Source of the DNA: the human T2T-CHM13v2.0 reference genome, Homo sapiens
Assembly (NCBI RefSeq): GCF_009914755.1
Contig: NC_060925.1
Reading direction: 5' to 3' (one strand)
DNA length: 64,000 bases
This document shows, one piece after another, positions 28,757 to 42,328 of the stretch. The notes under the pieces are model-generated. The model was not told where the DNA came from, searched no databases, and was given only the letters and a program-made list of their open reading frames with translations. Both the position numbers and the translations under genes were made by a program. The stretch's first letter is position 1. The number at the start of each line of letters is the position of its first letter.

Positions 28757-31042
28757 CTCTAGAGCATTAGAAGAAAAGAATCTGTTTTTAAAATATGTAT
28801 TTTGGTTATAGAGAATTATGTTAGGGTGATCAGTGAAAGCTTTTCAAGCATAAGAACTATGATAATATATTAGGATAAAATTCCATAGAATTGAAATAGA
28901 AATACAATTTTAAGTAGAAAAAATAAAAAATGTGCTTTGAACTGAGTCTTAGTCATTATGGAATCAGCCAAGGGAAGGGAAGGGGGTTGCATTCCAGGCA
29001 AGAGGACAGCACAGGCAAAAGCACTGAGGAGAGGAGCTTGGGTGCAGAGTTAGGAGCAGCTCCTGCAGCTGGAACCTGAAACTCATGGCAGGGAGTGGAA
29101 GGGGATCAGGTATAGGAGGCCAGGCCAGGGGCCAGAGCCAGCCAGGCGGACATGCAGTGCTACGCCAGCGAGTTTGAGCTTTCTCCTTAGCTCTGTGGAA
29201 TGAGGCCTTAGCCCATCTTTCTAAGGGAGGCCTCAGGCTCTCTACAGCCACCATGCTAAGGCCTGAGTGGCCTGCTAAGAAAGCAAAGCTTTGGCATCAG
29301 ACTTTCTAGCTCTGTGACCTTGGACAAGTTACTTAACCACTCTGTTTCCTTACCCATAAAAGTGAGGTAGTGATCCCCATGTCCCTAGTTTAGCGGATTC
29401 AGTGAGAGAATATATTTATATGATTGAGTGTCCTATACAGTGCTTGGCCCATAGCAGGCACTCCATCAGTGGATCAGTACAAACTACCCCAACCCCTTCC
29501 CCCGAGATCCCTGCGTCTTTGCTGGGTGGCTGCAAGGCTTTAGCGAGGCTGTGCAAGGTGTAAGCACTTTACAACATTTACCCTTTGAGATAGCATTGGA
29601 ATGCCAACTTCCTGAGCAGAGCAAGGCAGTGCACACAAGCTAGAGGAAGAACACTTATCCAGTGAGCCCTTGATCTTCTGAGGAAAGGGAGGAGGGCAGG
29701 GACTGAAGGTCCCTACCTGCAAGGCCAAGGAGGGGTGTCTGGAGGTGGTACACAGACTGCCTGACTTCTCAGTTTTGCCCGGGGCCGGCCCTGTTTACCT
29801 TCTGCTATGTTGAGCCAGATAAAAGGCCTCTGTGGAGCGAGGGGAGGCCTGCGCAGCAGGGCCTGGCTGAAGGATCGCTCCATTCTCACAGAGGCTTGCT
29901 GTGAGGAGAATGTCTAAGCCACTACACTGTGCCTCTGGAGCATAATGTGGGCTTGTTTGAAGATCCTCCGTGGCTCAGTCATTAATAGGAAGAGATGAAT
30001 CCTGCACCAGCCCCCAGCTTTCTTCCTGCAGCTTCAGGGCTCCTGGTACCTGATGTTTTTACCAGGCCTAGAATATGTTACCCCCCCTAAGAGTATTGAT
30101 GGCCCCTCTGAAATGACAGGCATAGACAGTCCTGTTCCCATTTTATCAGCAAAGGGAAAGGGACTATAAATAGGTATGACCTAGATCTGGAACTTCCCAG
30201 GGAGAAAAAAAGGCCAAAGAGACAGTTCTTTAAAAGCCTGGGAATTGGGAAAGGAGTAGGGTGGAAAATTCCTGGGCTGACTGGCTTTCCAGGGTGAGGA
30301 AGTCTGAGGAAAGCCTGAAGACGAATCCATTTTACCTCCTCATATTTCACACTTAGGGATGTTTGTCCATTCTTACTCCAAAGAGTAGGTTTGGTTTTAT
30401 GACAGATAAAATTTAATGATTCTTTGAAACAGTTCCAAGTAGAACAAGAGAAGGGAAATCCAGAGATTTGCCTAGATCGTATATTCAAAAGCACATTTTT
30501 CAGTGACTACTAGCTACAGGAAGTGTCCTAGGCTTAGGGAAGCAAAAAGGAGTAAGTACAGGTCCTGCTTTCAACAAGCTCAGATTCTAGTGGAGGGAGC
30601 AGACAAGTCAACCAAAAGAATTCTGCAGTGTGATGAGTGCCCCGGGAGTGTGGAGCCCAGGACATTTCAGGGACATGTGGGTGTGCTCACAGCGTGGCAC
30701 AGAGTGGGCTTCCTCGGGAGCAGGGATTTTGGGCTGAGTCCTGGAAGATGGGTGGGTGTCAGCCAGACCAAGAAAGGGGAGGCCCTCCAAGGCCAGGGGA
30801 GAATATGGGCCAAGGTGTGGGGGCGTTGGGGAATGGTTGTTCAGGGAACTGCACACAGCTGAGTACAAGTGGAGCACAGAGCTGGGGAGAGTTGAGGGTT
30901 AGTCATCAGGGAGGCAGCTGTGCTCGGTATTGCTGGATCCTTGGGGTCAGGCAGTGGTGGCCCCAAAACGCAACCCCACCATTTATTGGCTATGACATTA
31001 GCCTGGAAATGAGACCTCTCCAAGCCCATATTCTCCTTGATT

Positions 31043-31259
<217 letters not shown>

Positions 31260-32445
31260 TTACAGGCCCTTTCCTAGTACGTGCTTCCTATGTATGAGGT
31301 GCTGTGGAGGTGGGGAGAGAACAAGGGGGCTTCCTTGGGTCAGGGAGGAAAGGCCAATGTATGTAAGTGACTGTTGGCCTGACCCCTGAAGTGGCTGCAG
31401 GCTATATAGCATATGGACACTAATTTTCTAAGCTAAGGAAAAACAGTATCATAATCACCCAGACCCAAGATACAGCTTTGGGAAATAGCTTTGAAGGCAA
31501 GAATACAAAATAACCAGCCTGAAACAAGCCATCCAGTGCCTTCTTATCACTAAATAGGATGAGCTTTGGAGTAGGATTTTTAATGACTGTAATAAGAAAT
31601 ACAGTTAAAAACAAAAAGAGGAGGTTGGTTTGGGTGGCTTGGCTGCCTTGGGCTACTGAGGAGCCCCCTGGTGCTGGGCCAGGAAGCAGAGGAACAGGGG
31701 AGGGATGCAGTCCTTTGGGCTTTCTGCCTACCTGGTCCAGGATCAAAGTGAATGAGTTTGCTCTGGCATCTCATTACATATATTAAGCTGTAATTAGCCC
31801 TTCTTTCTTCCTCTTCATGCTCTTGTGGATTGGAAAGGCCAAATAGGGCCCCTTCTCTCAGTGGCTCCTCCCTGGGCAGCTGTGGGTTCCAAGTCTAACA
31901 CTTTGGTTAGTACCCTTGGAAATGCAGTGCCCTGGAAACCCACAAAGATCCCACGGAGGGCAGTGATCCTATTCAGATTTACAAACCCAACTCACCCCGC
32001 CCGGGGCCGAGGGTCTTTTTCTGGGGTGGGAGGGAATTGGGGGTGCTTGTGTTGGTGGGACACTTTGTCTGGGTGTGGGTGGCTTAAGTCTTGGGTCAGA
32101 GGTGAGCCGTGAGCAGCTCTCACCACAGTGCATGAGGGTGCGATGTCCCATGTCCTCCAACCGGTGATCATGGTAGGGAGTTAGTTTTCTTCTCAAAGTG
32201 CTGCTTACCTTATCTGAACTGAGGGTGGCAGCTGCTGTGGTGGGCACAGAAGGACTGTGCTCTTGCCCTTGTTGGCTTCCAGCAGCTGTATGAATGTGGA
32301 CAGTCCGTTTTCCCCTGGGTCAGGGTCCCTCACCTGACCTGTGAGAGGACAGGCTGTGCTGGGCTGTCTGTAAGGTCCTGTCCGCTCTGAAAGTCTGTCT
32401 GCATATGCCTGTTTGTCATTGTGAAAGGGCTGTTCACTCTTCCAG

Positions 32446-32572
32446 GTACCGGCCCTATTTGATGAGGTGGCCATATATTTTTCCGATGAGGAATGGGAAG
32501 TTTTGACGGAGCAACAAAAGGCCCTCTACCGGGAAGTCATGAGGATGAATTATGAAACTGTCCTGTCCCTGG
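32446..32572 (+). CDS. POGK: POGK KRAB-A exon
   Basis: ttccag|...|gtaaag. [42 protein letters not shown] is a KRAB-A box. Typical 127-nt exon size. Confidence 0.96.
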
Positions 32573-33327
32573 GTAAAGCTGTGTTTTCCTTTGTCTCCTG
32601 GAAGCTCTGAGCCCAGAGAATTGTTTCCATGCCTCTCTTCTCTGGTATATCCAATGTCCCTCTCTCCTGAACTTAGACTCTGCCTCCTCAATGTCTGTGC
32701 CCATTTATTCCAATTTTTGATTTGGGCAGTATATCAATATTGTGTCACCCTACTCGGCAATCCGTGCTGCCTCAGAACTGCCCCCATTCAACCCAGGCAT
32801 TCACATTTAAGGATAAAAACCATGTAACCTTAGAAATGTCACCATGGATCTGGGCCTGTGCCTCACTGTTCCTTACGAGAGAAGGCAGGCGTTAATGTTA
32901 CCCTGTCAGCCTCAGAAGTTTGGGGACATACCCTCCCAAAGACTGTTTGCTCCTCTCCCCAACTTCCACCCCAAATTGATATCACACATCTTATCAGCAG
33001 AATGTAATCATTTGAAGAGATTTCCCAGTTTGCTTATACAGGTACCAAAATGTTAATTGGATCAGCAGCTGCATTCACCCTTCTCCCTGCTAAATGCAGT
33101 TCTTTTATTGTTGGTGCCAATACCATCCCTCATTAGGAGAGATCTACCCATTCCTTTAGACAGACCTATTTTCCATTATCTTTTTTCTTTAAGTATCCCT
33201 GAGCCTTTTTCCCCTTGTTTTTCACAAAGAAGGGGAGAGTGGCTCTTAAGTATTTTGAAGTACTTATTTTGGTAGTGCTCCAGGACAGTAACACACAGCT
33301 GTTACCTATTTTATTTCCTATAAACAG

Positions 33328-33426
33328 AATTCCCATTCCCTAAGCCAGACATGATCACCCGTTTGGAAGGGGAGGAGGAGTCTCAGAATTCTGACGAGTG
33401 GCAGCTCCAAGGAGGCACCTCTGCAG
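33328..33426 (+). CDS. POGK: POGK KRAB-B-like exon
   Basis: aaacag|...|gtacta. (E)FPFPKPDMITRLEGEEESQNSDEWQLQGGTSA. 99 nt, phase 1-1. Confidence 0.93.
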
Positions 33427-33995
33427 GTACTACAAGTAAAGCAGTTCAGCGTCCATCCAGCTGGGAACATTGTGGAGTGGGATTTTCAGTGTACATTCCA
33501 CGGGGTATTTAAGAGGTAGAAGGATTATGGGTTTTGGAGTTTTGAAATCTCCCTCTTTGCAGTGCTAAATGTGTGACAGTGTGTGACAGGCAACTGCTTT
33601 TACCTCAGAGCTTCCATTCTTCCTCTATCAGCTCTGAGTAACAAGACTTGATGTATGACCTTGTTTGTGGATGAAGCAAAATGAGGCTTGTGCAGCATTT
33701 GGTCTAGTGCACCTTCTGGCTGAACAGGGCTCCCTCAGTGGCGTACCATGTGCCTCTGCAAACTAAGAATAGTGAGAGGAAGCACACTTCCTGAGTTACC
33801 TGGCTCCCTGTCCATCTCATACTGGATAGAAAAAGCAATAGCAATCATAGCATACATTTGAGCAAATGTATCTAAGAAGTACCTAGTCCTTTGTCAAGAA
33901 AAATGGTTATTGAGGCCACAGTTGAATAAATATAGCATTGCCTCCAGACGGCCAAAATAGTTTTATCTTTTCTCCGGAAGTAAGAGTTTAAAATG

Positions 33996-34171
33996 CCATA
34001 TTTCACTGACTCTGAGACATGTTTTTCTCCCATTGCTTTACTGTTTCTGAAATTGAGAATGCCTCTTAAAATCAGTGGCATGTCATAGCTTAATTAGTAG
34101 TGTTTTCTTTCTTAATGGCACATAATGATGCATCCTACAACTGATGACATTTTAGTTTGGGTGAGATAGGG
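33996..34171. mobile_element. MER104-like Tc2/pogo-superfamily MITE
   Basis: Degenerate TIRs ccatatttca...tgagataggg (consensus CCGTATTTCA...TGAAATACGG), flanked by tg/ta, ~176 bp. Body matches recalled MER104. Confidence 0.6.
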
Positions 34172-34771
34172 TAATTTCCCCAAATCATATTCAACTTCTG
34201 TGACCACCTTCTAAATATAAAGTGAAACCTGGTTGCACCATTAATGTGCAAGAACTAATTTTCTGCCTTATAAGCTTAACTTTGCTAAGTGTGGTTTTTG
34301 CTGTAGGTTTTCTTGGTTCTAAAGGGATATGATTCAGGCCATGATGCATCTCTGTAATATTATATGGTAGTATGGTTAACATTTGGCTTCTCATTCACAT
34401 AAAAAGTATTTTGATGCAAACATGGCCCCCAAATTATTTGGTCCAAGCTTGGTTCCTCTGTTGAGTTCCCAGCTCTGCCACTTTCTGGCTTGGCTACCTT
34501 GGTGCATTATGTAACCTCTGTAGCCTCCCCTTCTTCATCTGCAAAGAAGGAACAGTGATACTTAGAGTTACTCTATTAAGAGAACTAGGTGTGGGTAGTC
34601 CACATAAATTGGCATATGGAAAAGGACTTAGGCAATGTTACCTGTTATTAAAGTTACTACTTTTGGTGAACTTCAGATTAAGGTATTCTTAGCATTTCAA
34701 CCCCCAAAAATCAGGGTATAAGCCATTTTACTTACTGGCATTATTTTTGCCCCTCACTATTTGTCTCCCAG

Positions 34772-36243
34772 AAAATGAAGAATCTGACGTAAAGCCTCCA
34801 GACTGGCCAAACCCAATGAATGCTACCTCCCAGTTTCCTCAGCCTCAGCACTTTGACAGCTTTGGCCTCCGTCTGCCTCGGGATATCACAGAGCTGCCCG
34901 AGTGGAGTGAGGGGTACCCCTTCTACATGGCCATGGGCTTCCCAGGGTATGACCTCTCGGCTGATGACATAGCTGGGAAGTTTCAGTTCAGCCGGGGCAT
35001 GCGCCGCAGTTACGACGCAGGGTTCAAGCTGATGGTAGTGGAATATGCTGAGAGTACCAACAACTGCCAGGCTGCCAAGCAGTTTGGAGTATTGGAAAAA
35101 AACGTTCGAGACTGGCGCAAAGTGAAGCCACAGCTTCAAAACGCCCACGCCATGCGGCGGGCATTCCGAGGCCCCAAGAATGGGAGGTTTGCTCTGGTGG
35201 ACCAGCGTGTGGCCGAATATGTCAGATACATGCAGGCCAAAGGGGACCCCATCACCCGGGAGGCGATGCAGCTGAAAGCTCTCGAAATCGCCCAGGAAAT
35301 GAACATTCCAGAGAAAGGGTTCAAGGCAAGCTTGGGTTGGTGTCGAAGAATGATGAGAAGGTATGACCTGTCTCTGAGGCATAAAGTGCCCGTGCCCCAG
35401 CACCTGCCGGAAGACCTGACTGAGAAACTCGTCACTTACCAGCGCAGTGTCCTGGCTCTGCGCAGGGCGCATGACTATGAGGTAGCTCAGATGGGGAATG
35501 CAGATGAGACGCCCATTTGTTTAGAGGTGCCATCACGGGTAACTGTTGATAACCAGGGCGAAAAGCCTGTCTTGGTCAAGACACCAGGCAGGGAAAAACT
35601 GAAAATCACAGCAATGCTTGGTGTCTTGGCTGATGGGAGGAAGTTACCACCGTACATCATTTTGAGGGGAACATATATCCCCCCGGGGAAGTTTCCCAGT
35701 GGGATGGAAATTCGCTGCCACCGGTATGGGTGGATGACTGAAGACTTGATGCAGGACTGGTTGGAAGTGGTGTGGAGACGGAGGACAGGAGCAGTGCCCA
35801 AGCAGCGAGGGATGCTGATCTTGAATGGCTTCCGGGGCCATGCCACAGATTCCGTGAAGAACTCCATGGAAAGCATGAACACTGACATGGTGATCATCCC
35901 AGGGGGTCTGACCTCACAGCTTCAGGTGCTGGATGTCGTGGTCTACAAGCCACTGAATGACAGTGTGCGGGCCCAGTACTCCAACTGGCTTCTGGCTGGG
36001 AACCTGGCGCTGAGCCCAACCGGGAATGCTAAGAAGCCACCCCTGGGCCTCTTTCTGGAGTGGGTCATGGTCGCGTGGAATAGCATCTCAAGTGAGTCCA
36101 TCGTCCAAGGGTTCAAGAAGTGCCATATCTCCAGCAACTTGGAGGAGGAAGACGATGTCCTGTGGGAAATCGAGAGTGAGTTGCCAGGAGGAGGAGAACC
36201 ACCAAAAGATTGTGACACCGAAAGCATGGCTGAGAGCAACTGA
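34772..36243 (+). CDS. POGK: POGK last coding exon: pogo transposase-derived (Brinker-type DBD, CENP-B HTH, DDE_1)
   Basis: ctcccag| acceptor. Motifs RRSYDAGFKLMVVEYA, FKASLGWCRRMMRR, GNADETP and QLQVLDVVVYKP. TGA at 36241-36243. Four exons sum to 132+127+99+1472=1830 nt (609 aa). Confidence 0.97.
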
Positions 36244-36379
36244 AGGGAAAGGGAAAGGTAACCACTCAGGAGTAGATACTCAGTGCCTTTGCTGACATGT
36301 CTGTGTTCTACAAACACCTTCTCTCCATTATTTTTCTGTTTTTAAGTTCCCTTAGAGCCTACAGTGCAGTAGTGTAGAT

Positions 36380-36719
36380 CAGGGGTCCCCAACCCCCAGG
36401 TCACGGACCATACTGGTCCATGGCCTGTCAGGAACTGGGCTGCACAGCAGGAGGTGAGCGGCAGGTGAGCAAGCATTACCACCTGAGCTCCGCCCGCTGT
36501 CACAGCAGCGGCATTAGATTCTCATAGGAGCACAAACCCTGTTGTGAACTGCACATGTGAGGGATCTAGGTTGCAGGCTCCTCAATGCCTGAGGATCTGA
36601 GGCGGAACAGTTTCATCCCAAAGCCATCCTACCACCCACTACCCCGCACTTCCTGGGTCCCTGCAAAAATTGTCTTCCATGAAACCAGTCCCTGGTGCCA
36701 AAAAAGTTGGGGACTGCTG
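36380..36719. mobile_element. MER1B-like hAT-Charlie DNA transposon in POGK 3'UTR
   Basis: TIRs caggggtccccaac / gttggggactgctg. 8-bp TSD gtgtagat/gtatagat. 340 bp. Confidence 0.88.
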
Positions 36720-39700
36720 GTATAGATAACAGACCATTAGCATTTTCTCCTTTATATGAAACATTTATTATTTGATTTATTTGTGTCTATTTTGCTCTGT
36801 GGCTTGGACCCAGAAACACTTGTATAATAGGTGAAATGAACAAAGAATGAGCTGCCAGAACATCTGAGAGCTGTAAAGTTAAAATTATTTGGACCCAAAG
36901 AAGCATAGTCTGACGTTGTTCAGTTCACACAAAATTTTGTCTGAAAAGCCAACTTTTTTCTTTCCCTTTTAAATTATGCTGAACATTTAGGGCCAGTATG
37001 TGTAACTGACATGCTGGGACAGTTGTACTCACTTTTGCTGGCCTGTAGGACTGTGACATAGGGAGAACACTAAGTGTGTCCTCCGGGCCTCGGGTCTCAG
37101 TCCTGGAGCTATCTACAGTATGTTACCAGCGAGTAAGAATAATAGCTTCTACTTGCTTTTCCCTACAGAGTTCAGGAGTTTTAAAACGTCATCTTAGTCT
37201 CATTATGACCTTCACATGGGCTATGACAATAATTTCCTGTAGTCAGCAGATGTCTGAAGGAAGATATTTTTTAACTGAATCTTTACACCAAAAAAAGAAA
37301 ATAAAACGGTGCGTATCTAGGACTCTATTGAGGGCTGAGGACAATAGGCCTGGAATTTTCTGGGTTGAGTACACAAGAAGAACAGCTTTCAAAGGAAAGT
37401 AGGAATGGAGGCCTAACTGAGACAACACTAGTGAAATGACCCCACCCACCTACACCTCCAGAGAGGAGGAGGATGAGCATGTACAGCAGGGGGGACACCC
37501 ACAAAGAACAAACAATTCATTTACCTGTTCGTTCTCATCTCCCTAATTATAAATTAAATTGATCCTCCAGACAGTGTTTTATATGAAGGAAGAAGCCACC
37601 TTTTTTACAGAGGACCTGAAACCGTCAACCATCTTCACACATTCTTTTTCTTTCTTTTAAAGTATAATTAGGTATTTCCATCTTCCTTGCTTTTTTCTCC
37701 AAATGAAATGCTAATGGGAGCCTTATTTTACCCACTTCAGCTATATAAGTCCATCTGTGTTTCAAAGAGTGACTTATGTCTCCTGCCTTGCTTCCAAATT
37801 AAATTGTACTCATATTGCTGAATCCCATTGTAATTCTGGGATCCCTGGAATTACAATGGAGCAAGAAGTTCTTACTATTACATTCAAAATCACCAAAATT
37901 GCTTTTTTTTCCCCCTTGGGTCCTCCTTGCTTTGAGAAACCCCATGAATCCAGCCTCCCTTTTCTGCTGACCCTTATATTGCCTGCATTGGATATCAAAC
38001 TGAATTACATTGAGTTTCCATCTTTTCTTCATTTACCTTTTGCTTTTCCCTCTCCTTGTTAGATAACATTTTTGTGCACTTTTAATTTCCTAAGCTCCTT
38101 ACCACCTCAGGGACATGATTAAAAACTTCCAGAAGAGGAAAGGAGAAAAAGCTATGCTAAGTTGCATTTATGAATGTTGGCCTGTAATATTGGTCATGAG
38201 CTTTTGCTCTTCTAGTCTGCCACAATTCTTTCTGCAGCTCCTGAGGAAGTGATGGGAGTAGACAGATTCACAGTGAACAAGAGATTTGGGAGACCAAGTG
38301 GGCATAAAACTACGTCTTGGCCTCTATTTGGAAATCTGAATGATGGAATTATTATGTTTGTTAAAAGTTATACCAAAAAGCCAAGGGTTAATTCATTTAG
38401 GTTCTCTCTGTTTTCCAGCAAATGGAACTCTGATTTAAACAGCTGGGGATGAAATTCCTCAAGATGATTATTCCTGAAAGTGTGGATGCGCTGGATGCGC
38501 AGGGAACATCAGGAAAAGGCCACGGGGCTCTGAACAGCCCCGGTCCAGACAGCAGCCTGTACATCCATCCCAGGACACAGCCCAGCCCCTCCCCACACCA
38601 TACAAGGTATCAGAAAAGTCTAGGACCTATCATTTCATCAGAGACATGATCAGAAAAGAAACTGCTTCTGCCCCATTTCTTGTTTTGGAGATTACTCCAT
38701 CTGTCCATCAAAAGAAACCTGTAAATATGAAAGAACAAAGGTTATTTCCTGGAGAAAAGACAATTTATTCAACACCAACAAGGGACTCATCATATGGGCA
38801 CAACTCTGGTGTCCTTCTATGGAGAAAACCTCAAGTAAAGTTTTATTCTGCCTTTGAAAATGCTTCCAAAAGTAGACCCTGTCCCCACACAGGTCAAGAC
38901 TACAGAGAAGGCTTTGTAGAAATGTGTCACCTATGTACACCTGCTACTTACACATTTCCTCTTTTGGAAAAATGAGATACTTAGAATAACAAGAAAATTA
39001 AGACATACTGGCCTGGTGCCAGCAGATGGCTTTTCTATAGACAAACTAGGTTAGTGTGGAAGATATAGGTTAAAATAAACTATGCTGTTTTATTTATCTT
39101 CCCAACCTGATTGGCAGCTAGACTTTTTTAGGGTCTCATTTAATGGCCCTGTTTTTTTCATTATTATATTTAATGATAGGGCAGGATTTCGTATGCAAGC
39201 TCTTGTTTCTCAGGCTGCCTGCAGAAGAAGTCGCTATAAATTATCTGTTGTCTACATGGTACAAGGCCCATTGACTCATCTGATGCTTGTTTTGTTAATT
39301 TCTTTAATATTTTTATCACGGGGCAGTGGGAGGGCTTGGGCTTTTAGCCACAGCTGTTTTAAGACTTCTGATCTCCTGCCCTGCAGGAATAGGTGGGAAG
39401 TCATTGAATTTTTACACTATAGTAATTTGCATTCCCACATAAGTTTGAGTGTTACGAAAACATTCCTTTAAAGGGATCTGTGCTACACAAAATATGCCAG
39501 GACCTCACAGACAAAGCCATTGCTAGAAAATGTCATTCCAATGATCAGATCTGGAAACAGGCTGCCATAACCACTTTTCCTTCTTGTAGACTCAGCTCAC
39601 CTGTATATTTAAACTGTTCTTGGCATCTTGAAACACCTATTTCTACTCAGGTACTCATTGTCCTGTTACTGATTCACCTTTCTGATCCTTTTCAACCAGT

Positions 39701-40282
39701 TTTCCCCCAAGGGGGGAAATTTTACTTAACCTCTAGTATTTGAACAACTCAATATTTGAATTGTTGCCCCATTTGCTTTTACCTGTACTGTATTCTTGGT
39801 CATCTCAAATGGCGTCTAAACCCAGCTACTTTGCATTCCAGAAGTTTCCATTCCCTCCAATTCCACCTAATTTTTCATCTGTCCTAGTTACTGGCTCTTT
39901 CTTCATGTCTTATTTCTCTTGCTTTGGGAGCTTAAAAGATTTTACAAGACCTAATTTTGGGTTCCTTCCTTGGAGCCATAGTTACCCTGCCAAGAAGAGT
40001 AGAAAATGGGTTCAACTCCTGTTTCGCTCCACCAACACCTCTGTGAGTCTCATCATCAGCTGAGCGATGATGCCTTACAGGTTGCATAGCACTGGAACTT
40101 TCCTAGAGTAACGGCTCTGCTGCCAGGGTTTCTCTGGGCTCATTCTTCCACTGACTTAATTATGATCTATGCCTAACAGAGCCCCAGTACAACTATTTTG
40201 CAGAATGGCTGTTACCCTAGAATTACTATAGCACATATTGAGATATAGTTGTACTCCCTAGTAGATAGGAACTGACCCCAAC

Positions 40283-40301
40283 AATAAACTTTGATAATAA
40301 A
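40283..40301 (+). terminator. POGK: Candidate POGK poly(A) signal (two AATAAA)
   Basis: AATAAA at 40283-40288 and 40296-40301, followed by GU/U-rich sequence. Confidence 0.55.
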
Positions 40302-41875
40302 GACAATAGGCTATGGTGATTTTATTTACCTATTAGCATTGTGAAAAGTTACATTCAAGGTATTGGCTACACCTTATTCTCCATCCGGTTTGGTACCAAT
40401 ATATTACATCTTTCAGTCAAAAAGTGTTCATGAGATGCAGTGTAAGTAATATTGGTATCTGTGAAGACACAGGGAAGAACGTGTGCAGTGGGGCAAGTTT
40501 GACATAAATAGCTTTTTTCCTCAGTCATGTTTTGTATGCTCTCAGCAGTGGTACATTACCAAAATCACATGAAAGAAATCCCATAAAGGGATCTGAATTT
40601 TAAATGAAAGTATGATGAACCCGCAAGTCTTAATTATGCACTTTTAATAAAATTAGTCCTGACAATTTACAGTGCCCATAAAGTAGTAGTTGATTCTCCA
40701 GGAATAATCTGGCAGTGTTATTTTTCCTTTTCAACCCATCAGCATTAAATGCTGAGCCACTCTCCAAGTGTGACCCCTAGACTAAGCTTCCTTACTCTTA
40801 CTCTTCCTCCCAGAGGCATTTTGGAATGAGTCAAAGGCATGGTAGGACACGGCATTTACCTGTGGTCATCACTTCAGGCAATGGAAAGGAAAAGTGTTTG
40901 TCCTTGGTTGATCAGAGAAGTGGGTGATAAGAACGTGCTAAATAACAAACCTGCACACTTGTACCTCTGAACCTAAAATGTTTTTTTTTTAATTCAGAAC
41001 AACAAAAGAACATGCTAAGCGAGTCCTCCCACCTGCCTGGTAAAATACAGCCAGCTTTATCACACCTGGTTTTGCACAGTGATAAATTCCTGCAGGAAAA
41101 AATAAGTTTTATTCTAAGTCTGAAATTATATGGTTTCCAACAGCTTTTTCCCTCGTTAAAATAATTATTTTTCCACATGATGCTTGATAATAAGCATTTG
41201 TTTCTTAACCTAATTAGAGAAGCGATTGCACTCGAGTCCCCACAGCTGGCAGTGGTGTTACAGATGGAACCAGCCTTTGGTGGACAGAGTTCAGATGTTT
41301 CAGGGGCTCTTGTGAAAATGCTAAGTATTACTGTTTCTACCTTACTGCCCTGCACTTTACCCCATCATCTCCCCTCCTTAGAAAATGATTTCATAGGAAA
41401 ATTGGCATGGAGAGCAGATAGTAGAGTGTAGACCTGAAACACATGAGGCAAAGGCAGTCTTCCAGCATTCTATGGTCCCACCAGGTGGGTAGGTGACTAG
41501 GAATTCAGGCCAGGTCCTAGAGAGTAGTGAGAAGTTTTCCAGTTTGCAGTTTCCTCTGTGCTGTATGTACAGCCATACAGCCTATGGAACCTGACATTGC
41601 AGTGGGCAGCAGGACACGGTCAAGGCTCCTAGCTGCCTCTCCATCTATGGAACTATGAAATTTCACACATATTCCCTAGGCAGCATTAAGGCCCAGGTAT
41701 ATTGAGTAGTCCAAACCAAAACAACTATATTCGAGTATCAGTTTAAATTCTTCCAAGCCCTAAAAATTCTTACGTAGTTTCTCACCTAAAACTAATGGCT
41801 TGTGCCAAGAACTGAAACTAAGCTATTGATTTTTTTTTAAGAAGTCTTAATCTATACATAAGAAATTACATACCT

Positions 41876-42195
41876 GGCCAGGTGCAGTAGTTCAGGCCTG
41901 TAATCCTAACAAACACTCTGGGAGGCCAAGGTGGGCAGACTGCTTGAGCTCAGGAGTTCATTACCAGTCTGGGCAACATGATAAAACCGTGTCTTTACAA
42001 AAAAAAAAAATTTTAAATTAGCCGGGCATGGTGGTGTGAATCTGTAGTCCCAGCTACTTAGGAGGTTGCGATGGGAGAATCACCTGAGCCCAGAGGTCCA
42101 GTCTGCAGTGAGCCATGATCACACCACAGCACTCCAGCTGGGGTGACAGAGTGAGACCCTATCTCAAAAAGAAAAGAAAAAAAAAAAAAAAAGAA
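41876..42195 (+). mobile_element. Alu (older, J-like)
   Basis: Diverged dimer with A-tail. Confidence 0.9.
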
Positions 42196-42328
42196 ATGGC
42201 ATACCTTAGTTGGAATCTGCTTTTTAATCTTTCTCATCTAGTACATTATTTTGAGAAGTCTCTGCCAAGCCCTCATAGAGCAGGCAATTTTTGTATTTCT
42301 GTAGAAGGCAATATTCCTTATAATGTTT

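Noticed and set aside
34747-34771. ORF-track start of a 498-aa standalone transposase
   Set aside because: The start is a TTG in the polypyrimidine tract; the true exon begins at 34772. No TIRs flank the ORF, so it is not an autonomous element.
34741-36317. Antisense ORFs (243, 136, 124 aa) over the POGK last exon
   Set aside because: Shadow frames caused by codon bias of the sense CDS.
40611-40756. ATGATGA...CTGA, possible C/D box snoRNA
   Set aside because: No terminal stem, not intronic, and the motifs are common by chance.
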